A stretch of 57,013 bases of DNA, counting the filler, from Trypethelium eluteriae (lineage: Eukaryota), in assembly GCA_051942245.1 (NCBI GenBank). It is 3 parts of 3 records of this genome, joined end to end, with 100 filler letters (N's around TTAATTAATTAA, not from the genome) between each part and the next. Parts side by side here need not be neighbours in the genome. Positions count along the whole stretch, not along the records: positions 1 to 19,010 come from JAVECL010000539.1; positions 19,111 to 38,021 come from JAVECL010000541.1; 1 more part is not named here. The stretch is one strand, 5' to 3'. The notes below the pieces were generated by a model that saw only the letters and a program-made list of their open reading frames with translations, searched no databases and had not been told where the DNA came from. Of the stretch, positions 10,712-26,692 are shown in pieces. The translations under genes and the position numbers were made by a program. Each line of letters begins with the position of its first letter. The first letter of the stretch is position 1.

Positions 10712-12493
10712 TCACTTCTTTCCTCGGGATGTGCTATTGATCAGCTTTTTCTTCACATGCTTCGGGATTTTTGTTTTGCGCTTTTCTCGCTTCTCCTCCT
10801 TAACTTGCTGTTTGTGTTCCTGTTTGACATCAGCAAATATCATACGAATGGCGATTGATTGAATACGGACCTTTTTAAGGTCTTTGTCCTCAAATCGCTT
10901 TCCCCTTGGACGGTCAGTACCATGCCGTTTTCCTCTCCGTTCTGAGGTATCGATGTCTTCTCTAGCTTCTTCATCACTAGAAGCTGATCCATCGTGGATA
11001 TCGGATGCACCTGATTCGTCTTCAGCCGACAAAGCGTCCTCTCTTGTAGCTTCATCTGCCAACAGATTCTTATACACAAGGTCGTTGACTTCTCCAGCTC
11101 CAACCCTGTTCGCGTCTCGCTCAATGTCGTACACTTGTTCCAAAGTCTGTGGGATGTATTGCTGTCGGAATACTTGATCCTCAAGTTCCATCTCTGCTAG
11201 ACCTTCTTCTTGGCCTTCTCTCCCACTTTGGTTCCAGTACTTTTTCTCCAAAACTTCCCGCATTCCTGACTGCTCGAGAGTGCCTTCAGTTGCAGCCACG
11301 AACTCAAAGACGGACTTTTGTGAAAGGACGTCCACGCCTTTCCGTTTGAAAAAGTCGCCCACGTTCTTGATGTCCATTCTCAAAAATTCCAAACTTCGCG
11401 GGTGGTCATGTTCAACACTCTGACTTACATCGATGACCCACAGCTTTGAATCGTGATAGAGTAAGTTATATTCACTTAAATCGGCGTGGACCAGCTTGCA
11501 GGTCTGGAACATGATGCGCATGTAGCCAAGCAACTGCAAGTAGAGATCCCGCCATTTGCTAATCGGGTCTTCGATATCAAACTCGACATCTCGAAGTCGA
11601 GGCGCTGGCCATCCCTTGTTGTCACCCAAGAAACCCATGACTAGGACATGCTGCCTTAGATGCACTGGTTCCGGGCAAGGAATGCCTGCGGCATGAATCC
11701 GTCTCAGATTGCGCATTTCCTTTTCAGCCCAGACTTTGACCATCGCACGATTGCTGCTCTTGTTGTAGCCTTGTCGAAACCTGAACTCACCGGCAACGTA
11801 CTTCTCCCGGTCCTTGAAGACGAGGATGCTGGTCTTGTAGACTTTGATAGCACGCTGGAGAGAAGCCTCGGGTGCTTCTTCGTCGACTTGTTCCGGCGTA
11901 CTCAAAGCGTAATAGACGTTGGCTTCTTTCCCGGTAGAAAGGCAACCGTGGACCTCGGACACAACGTTCCGGTTGATCATTTGCAGCAGAATCATCCGTG
12001 TTCTTGGATCTAAGACCTGTTCTGAAGTCGCCCTGTCGCTTTTGTCTGCCGTTCTTTCTGATTTCTCATTAAGGCCGGCATGTCGGTCATTAAGCCTGAG
12101 TTTTCCCGCATGCCTAGAGAGAGATGTTATTTGGTCGTCAATAGAGACCTGTAGGTTCGCGCTTGGTTTTTGGGGATTCGCTTTCGGTTTTTCCGACTCT
12201 GGGATACTTGAATCTTGAAGACGTCTTTGGCGATTATATGCTTTTGTATAGTCATTTGGATTACCCGCGCTGATGTCTTCCTCTTTTATCTCGTTGTCTT
12301 CATGATCGAAAAGCCCTTCATAATCTTCGTCATCCAGCGCTTCTTCTACACCTTCGCCTGTCATTTCAGTGGTAGAGCTGCGATTCAGTGGAACACTCTC
12401 AGAAAACTCAGATTGGGTGTAGCCTTTATTGGGAATATAAGAATATGCAGGTACTTGCTCTGTAGCAGGTCTTTCAGCTTCCGAGGAATCCAT
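10712..12493 (-). CDS. RIO1: Atypical Ser/Thr kinase Rio1 (SudD), 40S ribosome biogenesis
   Basis: DKSDRATSEQVLDPRTR, STGKEANVY, AIKVYKTSILVFKDR, LVHADLSEYN and IDVSQSVEHDHP, plus a basic C-tail. A probable in-frame 51-nt intron lies at 10870-10820. Confidence 0.97.
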   Translation of the reverse strand: MDSSEAERPATEQVPAYSYIPNKGYTQSEFSESVPLNRSSTTEMTGEGVEEALDDEDYEGLFDHEDNEIKEEDISAGNPNDYTKAYNRQRRLQDSSIPESEKPKANPQKPSANLQVSIDDQITSLSRHAGKLRLNDRHAGLNEKSERTADKSDRATSEQVLDPRTRMILLQMINRNVVSEVHGCLSTGKEANVYYALSTPEQVDEEAPEASLQRAIKVYKTSILVFKDREKYVAGEFRFRQGYNKSSNRAMVKVWAEKEMRNLRRIHAAGIPCPEPVHLRQHVLVMGFLGDNKGWPAPRLRDVEFDIEDPISKWRDLYLQLLGYMRIMFQTCKLVHADLSEYNLLYHDSKLWVIDVSQSVEHDHPRSLEFLRMDIKNVGDFFKRKGVDVLSQKSVFEFVAATEGTLEQSGMREVLEKKYWNQSGREGQEEGLAEMELEDQVFRQQYIPQTLEQVYDIERDANRVGAGEVNDLVYKNLLADEATREDALSAEDESGASDIHDGSASSDEEAREDIDTSERRGKRHGTDRPRGKRFEDKDLKKVRIQSIAIRMIFADVKQEHKQQVKEEKREKRKTKIPKHVKKKLINSTSRGKK

Positions 12494-12901
12494 TTCAAAC
12501 CTATGGTTGTAACCGTGTTTAGAAGAAAATGTGTCTGGTTTTGTCTATGCTCAAGAAATACACTTAATCATTCGTAGGTTCCTCTGGAAAGTGAGGTGGC
12601 GAATAATCTTTTATTTCATAGAAAATAAGTATTTTATGTGACGTTTAGTGGCTGGCGGCCAATCATTTCGCCGCTTGCGTCGCGGGTCGCGTTTGATTGC
12701 CCTTCCACGCGCTACGCGCATCTCCATTGAAGCTACTTCACGACTCTATGACAGAGAGACTCGGGAAAGGATCGCGCATTCGAATTTTCATGGCCAACTC
12801 TATCGCCGGATACCATTGACTCTTATCTCTGAATCAAAGTCTAGGCGGGAGCCCCTCTAGCTCGCGACGAGACAAATAATACTCCCGGCCCCACCATCGT
12901 G
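12494..12901. promoter_or_regulatory. Bidirectional RIO1-SMC3 promoter with clustered CGCG (MCB/MBF-like) elements
   Basis: A 408-bp head-to-head gap with TCGCGG, TCGCGT, ACGCGC, ACGCGC (12680-12720), TCGCGC and TCGCGA. CGCG cores are typical of G1/S MBF targets such as cohesin genes. Confidence 0.55.
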
Positions 12902-16662
<3,761 letters not shown>

Positions 16663-18566
16663 TGAGGCATCTAAGGCTAGCGTAGGCGCAAGGCGTAGGT
16701 TACACGACGCGAACGGGATATCACGGGATAGAGGAGGATGAATTGCTATATAAACGTTTGCTTTACGCCTTCGACGCTTTGATGATCTATGTCGGCCGTA
16801 AATTCTAATGGAAGGAGACTAGGTGACCGGACTTTCCAATTTAAGTGCGCTTAAAAAGGCTCAATGAGCAACGATGTCATCCTTATGAAACTTTGCAAAG
16901 CTTTGCGTGCACGTGTGCGAATTTTTCTTATCGCGAGCGTCCTTTTTCATTTTTTCCTTTTTTTTTTTTTTTTTTTGACTGGCCGCGTGACAGAAGTGGT
17001 GGCGTTCTCGGTACCTATGGGAGTGGATCTCACCTGTCTAAGATGAAACCGCCTCCTAGGACTCGCTCACCCTCAATCTCGCGTGAACCTAATTGGAGAA
17101 CGCGTAAACACGGTTTAGGCAGTGCATTCTCCATGCATGACGTTCGACTGCCCTAGTGGCAGAGAGACTTGCCGGAAGCACCGGGCGCTACTTCCAACTT
17201 ATCCACTGGGAAGTCTTGGCCATGAAGCACCGAAATCGACGTCATCGTTCTTGCCATCCTGACGCGATGGCTTTATTTCAAGGTCGCGTCGCCGTCGTGT
17301 CTCGATTGCTCAAAACGCCTGAGAATTGTATGATTGATTGTTCATAAAGGGAAACTGAAAAGCAATCGTCACTATGCCGTCCGGAGTGAGTCAAATACAC
17401 GCCCATTTTGGCTCATCCGTCGATTACCACCCAGCTAATCAAGTCATAGAGTGATCTCCTCCTCTACATTATTGCCATCTTCATTCCTCCAATCCCAGTG
17501 GTACTCAAATCTGGTATCGGCGTTGATCTTCTGATAAATATCCTCTTATGGATTCTTGGCTGGATTCCAGGCGTCATTCGTAAGTCTCGAGGGATTATGC
17601 GGGGAAAGAGATGATCGACTGACAAGAATGGTTTAGATGCGTGGTACATCATACATAGGGCTCCTCCAGTCTGAGTTCCTATGTTCAATACGAAGCTTGT
17701 CTGGTAATCGCGGGGAGCTGCGTGGTCTAAGAGGTGGAAAGGCGCTCTTGTGAAACCGGTTCATGAATGTTTTGGGGCAATTCTCTCTGCTTAGGGCCGG
17801 GCCGCCCAATTTTCAATTACACAATACCACTTCCGCTGTAATCAGTCCTACTATTCAAGGAAATACTTCAACTGTATAATAACTCCACACGTTCCTCGCG
17901 AAACGCGGATCAACCCTCAGACGTAATTAAATTTCCTAATTCGCGTCTAATACATGGTGCCTTTTCCTACACATACTTATGCTTTGTCTGTTTCATTTTA
18001 AATATTCGCATCCGTTGCCTCACACTTTCCTCTCCGAAATTTCATATTGAAAGAAACACGTTTCAAGCTGCTAAAATAAGTTCGTATCGTCAAAACGTTT
18101 GCTATTTTACCAAAGCTATTACGTCTGGGTTCCCTGCGTTGAGATTGTGCTACTGGAATTTGTATTTTCTCAGTATCTTTTCAAGTAGCTAAAACAATAA
18201 CCAAGCAGCTGAATAGTTGCTGCTAGCTCAGAATTTGCTGATCGGATATTCTTGGGACTGAAACCCGATGAATGTATTGCTACCCATCCTTTCGGAGATA
18301 AGGCACGGCGATCATCACGGTGGACAAACACTGCTATGGAGAGGTCGACAATACTCCCATGAACCTCTCGAGATACAGATTTCTGGAATTGGAATCGTGG
18401 AGAACAGCCAAATTAAAACATAACTTTTGATCTCATCTATGTCTCAAGCGAACAAGAAGTCCTCATCCTGAGCAAGCACCCAGCCATCCCAGGACTCGCC
18501 ATCTTCCACCACCATCCTGCTTATCGCCCTCCGATATCCTCGTTCTCCCCAACGCTCTCCACCTCC

Positions 18567-19010
18567 TCAGCTCACAGTCACATACAGCCCAATCGGACAC
18601 GGATTATAATCCTGAAAATACTCCAGCCGCGTATCATTACTACACATCATCCCGCTCACCAACAGATACTCCCACTCACGCACCTCGCATCCTCCCCGAT
18701 TAATCACATACGCATTCCCCGGCCTGATCACGCTCGGCGCACTCGGCGGGTTCCCCCCACCCGCCGGCCGCGTATTCCAGGTCGTCGAGGTCGTGGCGCC
18801 CACTCCCGAGGGAAAGCCCGTGAAGGAGAAGTGGCCGGCGCCGCTGTAGGAGTAGCTCGACGTCTCGAGCTGGTGCTGCTCGGGGAAGAGGAAGGAGAGC
18901 GTACACGTCTTGTTGTGGGCGGACGGCGGGATGTAGAGGTTGAAGATGGTGCAGAAGTCGTTGGGTGTAATTAGCGGCGAGTAGACGGTGCCGTAGGCGG
19001 TGGTGGGGTG
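18567..19010 (-). CDS. But2 C-terminal domain (ubiquitin-3-binding protein But2-like) secreted/cell-wall protein; 3' fragment, 5' end lost in the gap
   Basis: Open frame from the gap: ..TAYGTVYSPLITPNDFCTIFNLYIPPSAHNKTCTLSFLFPEQHQLETSSYSYSGAG...LEYFQDYNPCPIGLYVTVS*, matching the But2 family pattern CTL.FLFP...LETSS and YFQDYNPCPIGLY. Confidence 0.8.
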   Translation of the reverse strand, partial: HPTTAYGTVYSPLITPNDFCTIFNLYIPPSAHNKTCTLSFLFPEQHQLETSSYSYSGAGHFSFTGFPSGVGATTSTTWNTRPAGGGNPPSAPSVIRPGNAYVINRGGCEVREWEYLLVSGMMCSNDTRLEYFQDYNPCPIGLYVTVS

Positions 19011-19110
19011 NNNNNNNNNNNNNNNNNNNNNNNNNNNNNNNNNNNNNNNNNNNNTTAATTAATTAANNNNNNNNNNNNNNNNNNNNNNNNNNNNNNNNNN
19101 NNNNNNNNNN
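19011..19110. other. Artificial contig-join spacer (N44-TTAATTAATTAA-N44)
   Basis: Exactly 100 nt with a six-frame stop linker. This is an assembly artefact. Confidence 0.98.
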
Positions 19111-19424
19111 GAGGATGAAGGCTGCCCAGTGGGAGGGGTGCTCGAGGTCGTGTTTGAAGGCGGCGAAGAAGGTGGCGTCGAGGGGGATTTCGCCGCGCTC
19201 GAGGCGTTGCCAGGCGCCGTTGGGGCTGGACTTGGAGATGGCGTGGTTGACCCAGCCGGTGGGGATGTTGTGGGATTTTTCGTAGTCGAGGATGCCTTGG
19301 AAGGGGGAGACTACCTGTGATCTTGTCAGTGATAGTTTTTATAGGGAATGGAACCAAGTGAAAGTCCACGTACGCAAACGCCTCCGATGTCGAAGAGCAG
19401 TGCTCTTGGTTTGGGGTTGCTCAT
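19111..19424 (-). CDS. HAD-superfamily hydrolase (soluble epoxide hydrolase N-terminal phosphatase/ACAD10-like); 5' fragment
   Basis: ATG 19424; intron 19373-19315. MSNPKPRALLFDIGGVCVVSPFQGILDYEKSHNIPTGWVNHAISKSSPNGAWQRLERGEI has the HAD motif I variant FDIGGV and W.RLERGE. Truncated by the gap. Confidence 0.85.
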
Positions 19425-19912
19425 CTTCTCTACAAAGATTTTAGGTAGGGCTCCGTGTTAACCTGTCACAGCATATTGCGTGACTTTCTTCAGGAGCGCA
19501 CACGAGTCCAGATTATTATCTGGACAGCTTTAGTAGTGCTGCTAGCTAAAAACCGCGGGAAACATCGTTGTGGGTGAAGAAAGCCGAGGTGAGAACAAGG
19601 TCTTTAGTCTACTGCGATTTTCATTCTTTTCTATCAAACAATCTGTAAAAATAAGTGAAGCTTCTGGGTTGATGAGTATACTTGATATTTGTATATATTG
19701 ATTTTACAACAAAAAGACAGAAAATATAGGTCAGTCTTCATAACATCGCGAAAATAGTCCCACCCCGCGACGCTATTAATGAAAAGGTAGGTGCGTATGA
19801 CGTTGATGGATACCTTATTGAATCACATGTGGGGTCATCCATACATTTACATTCCGTAGTCCTTTCAAGATCGCCACCACATCCTCACTTCGAGGCAAGA
19901 ATCTTGTCAAAA

Positions 19913-20713
19913 ATGTCTGCGAAACGTTCAATCCTTATCATCAATCCCAATTCTACTCAGGGGATGACAGATGCCCTAAAGCCCCTCGTTGATGAGCTAA
20001 ACTACAACGAAGTGAGCAATTAAGAAGAATTCCGAATATCATGGGTCAATAGCTCATCTAGATTCCCTTCACGGTGATAGACTCAATTCTCTTTTTTTAC
20101 AGCCCCATCAGGTCCCAAGTCTATTGATAATGAGGAGGATGCAGCGGAAAGTGCCGAGCATTGCCTGCCATCCCTGAAGCCACTGCTTGAGCGACACCAT
20201 GGCTTTCTCGTAGCCTGTTTTTCCCAGCATCCCCTAGTCCCGCTTTTGAAAGATCAAGATGCTATTAAGCGTGAAAGAAAGTCCGTGACTGGCATATTTG
20301 AAGCATCGATTGGGTCCAGTTTACTTGCGATGGGCCGGGAGCAGAGATTTGGAATTGTAACTGCAGGAAAGGCGTGGGAAGAACTTCTGACTAAAGCTAT
20401 GTCAACTTGGTTAGGTTCGGGATTGGAACGTTTTGCTGGTGTGGAGTCTACCGGACTGAAAGCAGTCGAGTTGCATGACGCTCCGGCGGAAGACGTGAAG
20501 ACACGAATGCTACAGGCAACGACAAGATTAGTGAAAAGAGGAAACGTTGGCGCAATATGCTTGGGATGCGCAGGAATGGCAGGTATGAACGAGACTGTAC
20601 GGGAAGCGTGTATAGACGAACTCGGAGAGCAGAAGGGACGGGCTGTGGTTATTGTGGATGGAGTGCAGGCCGGTGTGGGCTTCCTTGAAAGCGCCCTCCG
20701 GGCTGGCCTCTAA
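19913..20713 (+). CDS. DCG1: Asp/Glu/hydantoin racemase family protein (Dcg1-like)
   Basis: Intron 20012-20080. ILIINPNSTQGMT, catalytic Cys motifs LVACFSQHPLV and ICLGCAGM, VTGIFEAS and VIVDGV. Confidence 0.88.
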
Positions 20714-20854
20714 ATTTCTTCGTATTCAAGCAGAGCCGAGAACATGATATAGAGTCCACGAACGCCCGAATATGCTGCGCCTCGTGTAGCGCGATATAGT
20801 ACAATTGAGCTTTTCCCTTCTCCCATCCTTACCACCTGGCAAATTGTCTCGTGC

Positions 20855-21231
20855 TTATCTCCCTGGCAAGGCATTTCCCTGCTGCACCATTTGTGCATTG
20901 AGTTCCTGGAACCTTGTTTGTAATCTTTCCGTGCCCTTGAAGTATTTGTCGACACAGCGCATGATGCAGCCTTCCTCCTTAGGTAAAAGCGATTTGCTGG
21001 TGAAGTCGTTGACACAGTCGTCGAAACAGCGTTGGACGAGTCTTGAGTAGACCTAGGTTTGATCAGCTTCTGCACTATTGCCCCATAAGAACCAGCAGAC
21101 GAACGCCCATGAAATCCTTCATCTGTTTCTTCTCCAGGCGAGATTGGAGCTCTCGTTGCTCTTGCATAGAAAGACTATAAGATCTGTTAGCAGACATGCT
21201 TCAATTAGACAAGGGATACATCCCTATCCAT
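20855..21231 (-). CDS. TIM9: Mitochondrial intermembrane-space chaperone Tim9 (twin CX3C), about 91 aa, 3 exons
   Basis: Exons 21231-21224, 21174-21105 and 21052-20855 give [81 protein letters not shown]. The first donor is anomalous (see findings). Not in the ORF track. Confidence 0.95.
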
Positions 21232-21881
21232 GGTCAAATATTATTAGTGAGTTTGAGTTAGAGGGATGAAGGCGGTCTCGGTCGGGTCAGGAGAGTAGGT
21301 AGGCAGGTTCGAAAATGAGTATTTCCTCCTCGCGGCGATGAAAGCACGAGGTGACAAGCTCGGTCAGCTCCTAGTACCTCTACCTCATTCGTCAAGGGCT
21401 AATAAGGTACTGTGGAGCGAGTGCACCAACCATGACCACGACCACGTGACTCATGAGGACCGACGGGAAGGTTGGCCTCGCTCTTCAATGCTGTCCTTCT
21501 CTTTATGCTCCAACCCACACCAGCATCCATAATCGTCCTTTCGCATCCAGGCCTCGCTGCGCAGTTTGCCTTCGCGCTGCTGAGCTATTTTTACTTGGGC
21601 GTGCTGGCAGGCGAGCGAACGCGCCCAAGTCCCTGATCAATCGCAGCCGCCATCTTGTAGCCTGCTTTGAACCCGGCCGCTTATCCACCAACTCAGCGCA
21701 TATTCATCTCGACATTGGTCGCCTGCTTCGGCCGTCTACCTTCACCTCAAGCGCACACTTTCTTCCATTACATCTTGCTTTGCTAGGTCTGGGAAGCGTA
21801 TGCTGCAGGGTTACCAGCCCACGCTACGTCGCCCATCCCAGTCTGCCAAGCCTTAGAATCGACGCGGACTTGGGACACTGG

Positions 21882-21920
21882 TCCTCGCAAGTCCTCACAA
21901 GTCCTCACAAGTCCTCGCAA
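21882..21920 (+). repeat. Short tandem repeat of a 10-mer (caagtcctca, about 3.5 copies) upstream of the RhoGAP gene
   Basis: gtcctcgcaa-gtcctcacaa-gtcctcacaa-gtcctcgcaa. Confidence 0.7.
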
Positions 21921-22184
21921 GGCCGGCTCCTGTCAACTCATCTTCAACCTTTTCGCGCGCGACCTATAGACTGGACAACACCCTTGCGACCCGTTCTGCC
22001 ATAGATTCTATTTTCCCCGATTCTGGGTCGCGTCGCGGCGAAGAGGCAAACCTCACTCCGCATCCTTCTAACCGCGCCGGTGTTATTACGTCGGCAACGC
22101 GCAGTAACTTCGCCGCGCACACGCAGTCACCACGGCATTCGGATAAATACATAGAGACGAGTCTCTCGCTTGTCATTCATTGAC

Positions 22185-24770
22185 ATGGCGAACGGGACAC
22201 ATAATAACACGGCGGGTGCTCGACAGAATAATAACGAACCCAAGCCTGCACCATCAGCTAGCGAGACAGTAACCGCGAAAAGAGACCTGGCATCGTGGTG
22301 GAAGACTTTCAAAAGAGGCACGACAAGAAAAGAAGAGGAAAAAGGTGTGTATTGATACTCTTCACTATGCCTTTAGCCTTTTGGCACAAAACCCAACTTA
22401 CACCAAATCACGTCCTCCTTCTCTCATCTGCACTACTATACCAATGCTCGTTGCTACATTCTCTGACACAATTGTCGCAGAAAATAACTCCCCGCAAGGC
22501 ATCTTCGGAGTTCCTCTCCAAACAAGTATTCGTTACGCAAATGTTGCAATCTCTCTATACAACGACGATGGCAAAAGCTATATCTATGGCTACGTTCCGA
22601 TTGTCGTTGCCAAATGTGGTGTTTTTCTAAAGGAGAAAGGTCAGTGATCCTTGCATTGCCTTCGACGGAGTTAGTCGCTAACGCGATGATGGTTACTATA
22701 GCTACGGATGTCGAAGGTATCTTCCGTCTGGCTGGCGCAGAGAAGAGAATAAAAGAACTGCGGTCGACCTTCGACTCTCCAGACCGCTACGGTAAAGGTC
22801 TTGACTGGACCGGTTACACTGTACATGACGCGGCGAACATACTGAGGCGGTATTTTAATCACCTCCCTGAACCTATCATTCCCCTCGACTTCTACGACCG
22901 GTTCAGGGATCCCATTCGCAATCACCAAGCTCAAGCTGTGGGACCCATGGATGCTCAATCCCCCGACATTGGTGATTTCAATGCCGAGGAAGCAATTGAG
23001 AGATACAAACAGCTGATCACCGAATTGCCACCTTTGAACCGTCAGCTCCTTCTGTATATCCTGGATCTACTAGCTGTCTTCGCCTCGAAGTCGGATTTGA
23101 ACAAAATGCCGACCCCTAATCTTGCAGCCATTTTTCAACCCGGTCTTCTTTCGCATCCAACTCACGACATGGCACCAGCAGAGTATAGGCTGAGCCAAGA
23201 CGTTCTCATCTTTTTGATTGAGAATCAAGACTCTTTCCTCATCGGTATGAAGGGCACTGCTGCAGACGAGGAGACCGTCAGAGAGGTACAAAGTGGCGCT
23301 CCAACACCAAAAACACCATCTTCACCAGGGCCTGGCCGATCGAAGACTACCGTGGCAAGGTCAGGATCAAACGCCAGCGCCGGAGCCGAGAGCGTGCGCA
23401 AGTTTGGTGGCATCAGAAGGAATGTCTCAGTATCCTCCCGAGGTTCAAAACAATCAATGGGAAGTCCAGGCCCAGTGACCCCATCGTATGGGAATAGCAG
23501 TGGAGGCTCTGGCGTTCACCGAAGCAATACCTTGCCTTCCAAGAAGTCACCAGCTGTACCCGCTTCTCGCTTTCCTCGAGATGGTCGTGAGAGGCCTTCA
23601 GATCCACCAACGCCGGTTACAGGAGGACCTGGAGCTCCACCTCCTGCGTCCGCACAGCCCGACTTGCAATCTACTCCGCGAAGTGGTCTTCCGCCAATGG
23701 TAGAGCAATCACCTCCTTCGGCCTCTGAGGTTACCCGACCGGTCTCTAGTGAGGGTACCACGCCAACAGCTGCAACCGTGGCTTCCGGACCGCAACTAAA
23801 CCTGCCAACAGAAAAAGCGCTGAAAATTGATTCATCAGTGGACTTGCAGAGTACGAGCGCGAACCTCCCTCCTAATCATCGAAATCTTTCTAATACTCCT
23901 TCCACGGCTTCAGCGGGCACGCCTGCCCGCACTTTCACTAGCATGTTTAATCGATCCCCAACAAGCGAAAACGAGAAGAAGGAAGTCCGGAAGCCCAACA
24001 AACTACAGAAGAAACGTATTCCTGGCAGCAACAACCACAGTGCGCACAGCTCAAGTCATTCACTGCACGCTGTCGAAGGCGAACATCCCATGTCCCCTGT
24101 GGGCTCATCGGCGGCACTATTGCAAGGAGAAGCCGCAAAAGAGCAGTCTACCTCTACTGAAGCCTCCAACGCACCTCATCGCTCTACAGGGCTTAACTTG
24201 AAGCCTACGCTTTCGCCAAGTAACTCTTTCAATTCTCATTCCTCCGTAACAGACTACTCTGAACATGACTACAGCGGGGACCCCAACGCACGGCCAGAGA
24301 GAGAGAAAAGAAAGCACAGATGGCGTCGTGCATCCCCCAATCGTAAGCGTGATCATGAGTCAAAGGATATTTCGTCAGAACATGCACCTCTTGCTGGTCC
24401 AGAACACCGAAGCACCACCTCAGTGGGGAGCACCAGCCGCGCTCTGCAAGCAATGAATGTCGATACAGTTCATTCAGCGCCTGGCGAGGGGCAAGCTACG
24501 CCGACGCATGTCCTGCATACCAGCTCGGAGCCGGCGAACAAGGATCCCGAGAAAAAGGGTCCTATCGACTGGTTCCGAGGAAAGTTGCAGGAAAGGAGAG
24601 AGCGGGAGGGGGAAAAGGCGAGGGAGAAGGAGAAGAGGGGAAAGACACCACCACGAGGAGAGACTTCAGTCCCTAGGCAGAGTATGGGACAGGCACCCGA
24701 TGGGTTGAGGGGCGACAACAGAGGCAGATCGATGGATGTACCGAGAAAGGATGAGGCTGAAGGCTCGTGA
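22185..24770 (+). CDS. Rho GTPase-activating protein (Sac7/Bag7/Rga5 type) with a long disordered C-terminus
   Basis: Introns 22345-22480 and 22640-22701. RDLASWWKTFK, GIFGVPLQTSIRYANVAISL, YGYVPIVVAKCGVFLKEKATDVEGIFRL (arginine finger) and NKM...NLAAIFQPG. Confidence 0.93.
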
Positions 24771-26692
24771 TAAGATTGAGGATGCAGTCTCATGGCCAGA
24801 AGATTCAGGTCTTGATTTGACTTGTTTGGATACATGGACTGCTTGTCGACCTGAGCTCATTGGAATGAGATGAGGTCGTACTATTTCGTAATCAGATTTC
24901 CCGAACGGAGTTAGGCAGGATACCCCTTTTGCTTGTATAGTTGCCCTCCGAGTACAAATCAAGTTTATCGAGACTTTTCTGTGTCTTGCCAGCCGTGCGA
25001 AGTTCTTTCCCCACGACGGTAAAAGTTGGCGGATCGCTTTCCACACCGACACAGAAAGATTTCTAGCCTGTTCAATATTTTGATATAGGCACGAGAATAA
25101 GGACTACGCAGTACATGGCCATCGATCTGTCACTGTGAAGCACCATCATTACTACACATAAGGTAATTGTTCTGAGCTTCATAACTTTTGCTATATATTT
25201 TAAGGGTTAATTCTGCACTCTGTATCCCTTTCAACGGATAATAAGAAAAGCGGCACTCACAAGTTAACTCATCTATTATTATCTAATAAATAGTTTTTTT
25301 TATCCAACGATAAGTAAAGGGAAAGAGATAGCTTCCGACTTAGACTATATGATCCTACAAATTGTCAGAACACTTGCGCATCTTGATATCACGAACAGAT
25401 TGTATTATTAGAGAAGGTAACCAGTGCAGCCGCTCTTAGTGACGGTCCCCCTAGTTGATTTGCCACTTTTCATGTCACCCGCGTGCAGACATAGAAATTT
25501 GAATGGCTGGCTTGCGCTGAAACCTTAGTCTAGGGAAAACGGACAAGAGGTAAACGAAGTCTGCACGATGGATTCACCAAGACAAAGGGTACCAGAATTC
25601 ATTGGGTTACGCACTGCAGCGCATGGCACATCTGAAGTTTTGAAACAGCTTGGGATGAGACTCTTCCCGTGGGTCTGAGAATTCGTATACGGCGAATAGC
25701 TAGAGATACGGGGAGCCCTGGCAAATCGCTCAAACCCTTGGTTGTTGTTTTTTTTTTTATTCCCCCGGTCTCGGGCCAGCGCAGAGGTGAAATTTGGGTG
25801 ACAATGAACGTGCTCGATATAATTCGACGTCATACGGTCCAAATGGACCCGAATCAAGTATTTAGCCCCTGCGACTTACGCAAGACTGTTGCGTGCCGAC
25901 CAGGGAAGACCATGGTTCAGCATATCTCCAGTTTCCCGATGGGGCGAAATTGCACCCTGGCCAACGGCTAAGTAGGTGGAAGCTACCTAAGTGGCTTTCT
26001 TGTCATCCATTCTCCAGTCAGAGCCCAGAAGGATGGAGGACGGTCGGCAACTGAGTACTCCTATTACCTGGAATACTACTTACTCAATACTTCAAGCTGC
26101 CAAAACTAAACGTATTGTTATGAATTAAAGTCTAAGCGAATGTCTGCATTGACACGAGAACCTTCATAAGACTCCAGAATTTTGATGTACAATACGGAAG
26201 TCTTATTATTAGTAGGAAGCAGTTTTTGAGAGAGGCCGAAACTCCGAACCCTGTTTTAGGGCAGTGTGCAGTGGTGTGGGTCTGGCTGCTGCGCCTGCCC
26301 GTTTCGCATTCTCCACTTGGTCTGGGTATTAGTTACGTAGTGCATCTCTTCCAGGCTATCACCATACGGTACTTGGGTTCTCCCTTCTACATCTCCGCTC
26401 GTTTGTTGTATAATCCACACTCGTTCGTCCAGTGTATCAGCAGTGCAGTAGGCGGTCAAGAATAGCACAGAGGTAGAAAGCGGAGCGGGGTTGGGAAGAG
26501 CAGGGCAGTGACTGCGACTGCAACTGCAACCCACCTGCGCCCAGCCGAGCCTGGGCCTCCTGCGCCACTCACCGGCCATACATATTGACTGTACGTCCAA
26601 CACACCTTTCTTCTCTTCGTCTCCTCAGTACTAATCATGCTTTGAATGCAGCATCTCTCCACAACTCCTTGGATCCCGTCAATTGAGTCACC

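Noticed and set aside
16700..18560. Intergenic region with a poly-T tract (about 16958-16976) and short ORFs
   Set aside because: No recognisable motifs or convincing gene structure; the poly-T is ordinary.
19011..19110. TTAATTAATTAA palindrome inside N runs (also 38066-38077), read as a piggyBac TTAA site or a biological repeat
   Set aside because: It is an identical 100-nt six-frame-stop linker added during scaffolding. Gene adjacency across these joins (But2/HAD, ZW10/CYM1) should not be interpreted.
21453..22004. 183-aa ORF upstream of the RhoGAP gene
   Set aside because: Reads as CT-rich promoter or 5'-UTR sequence with random-looking composition; at most a uORF.
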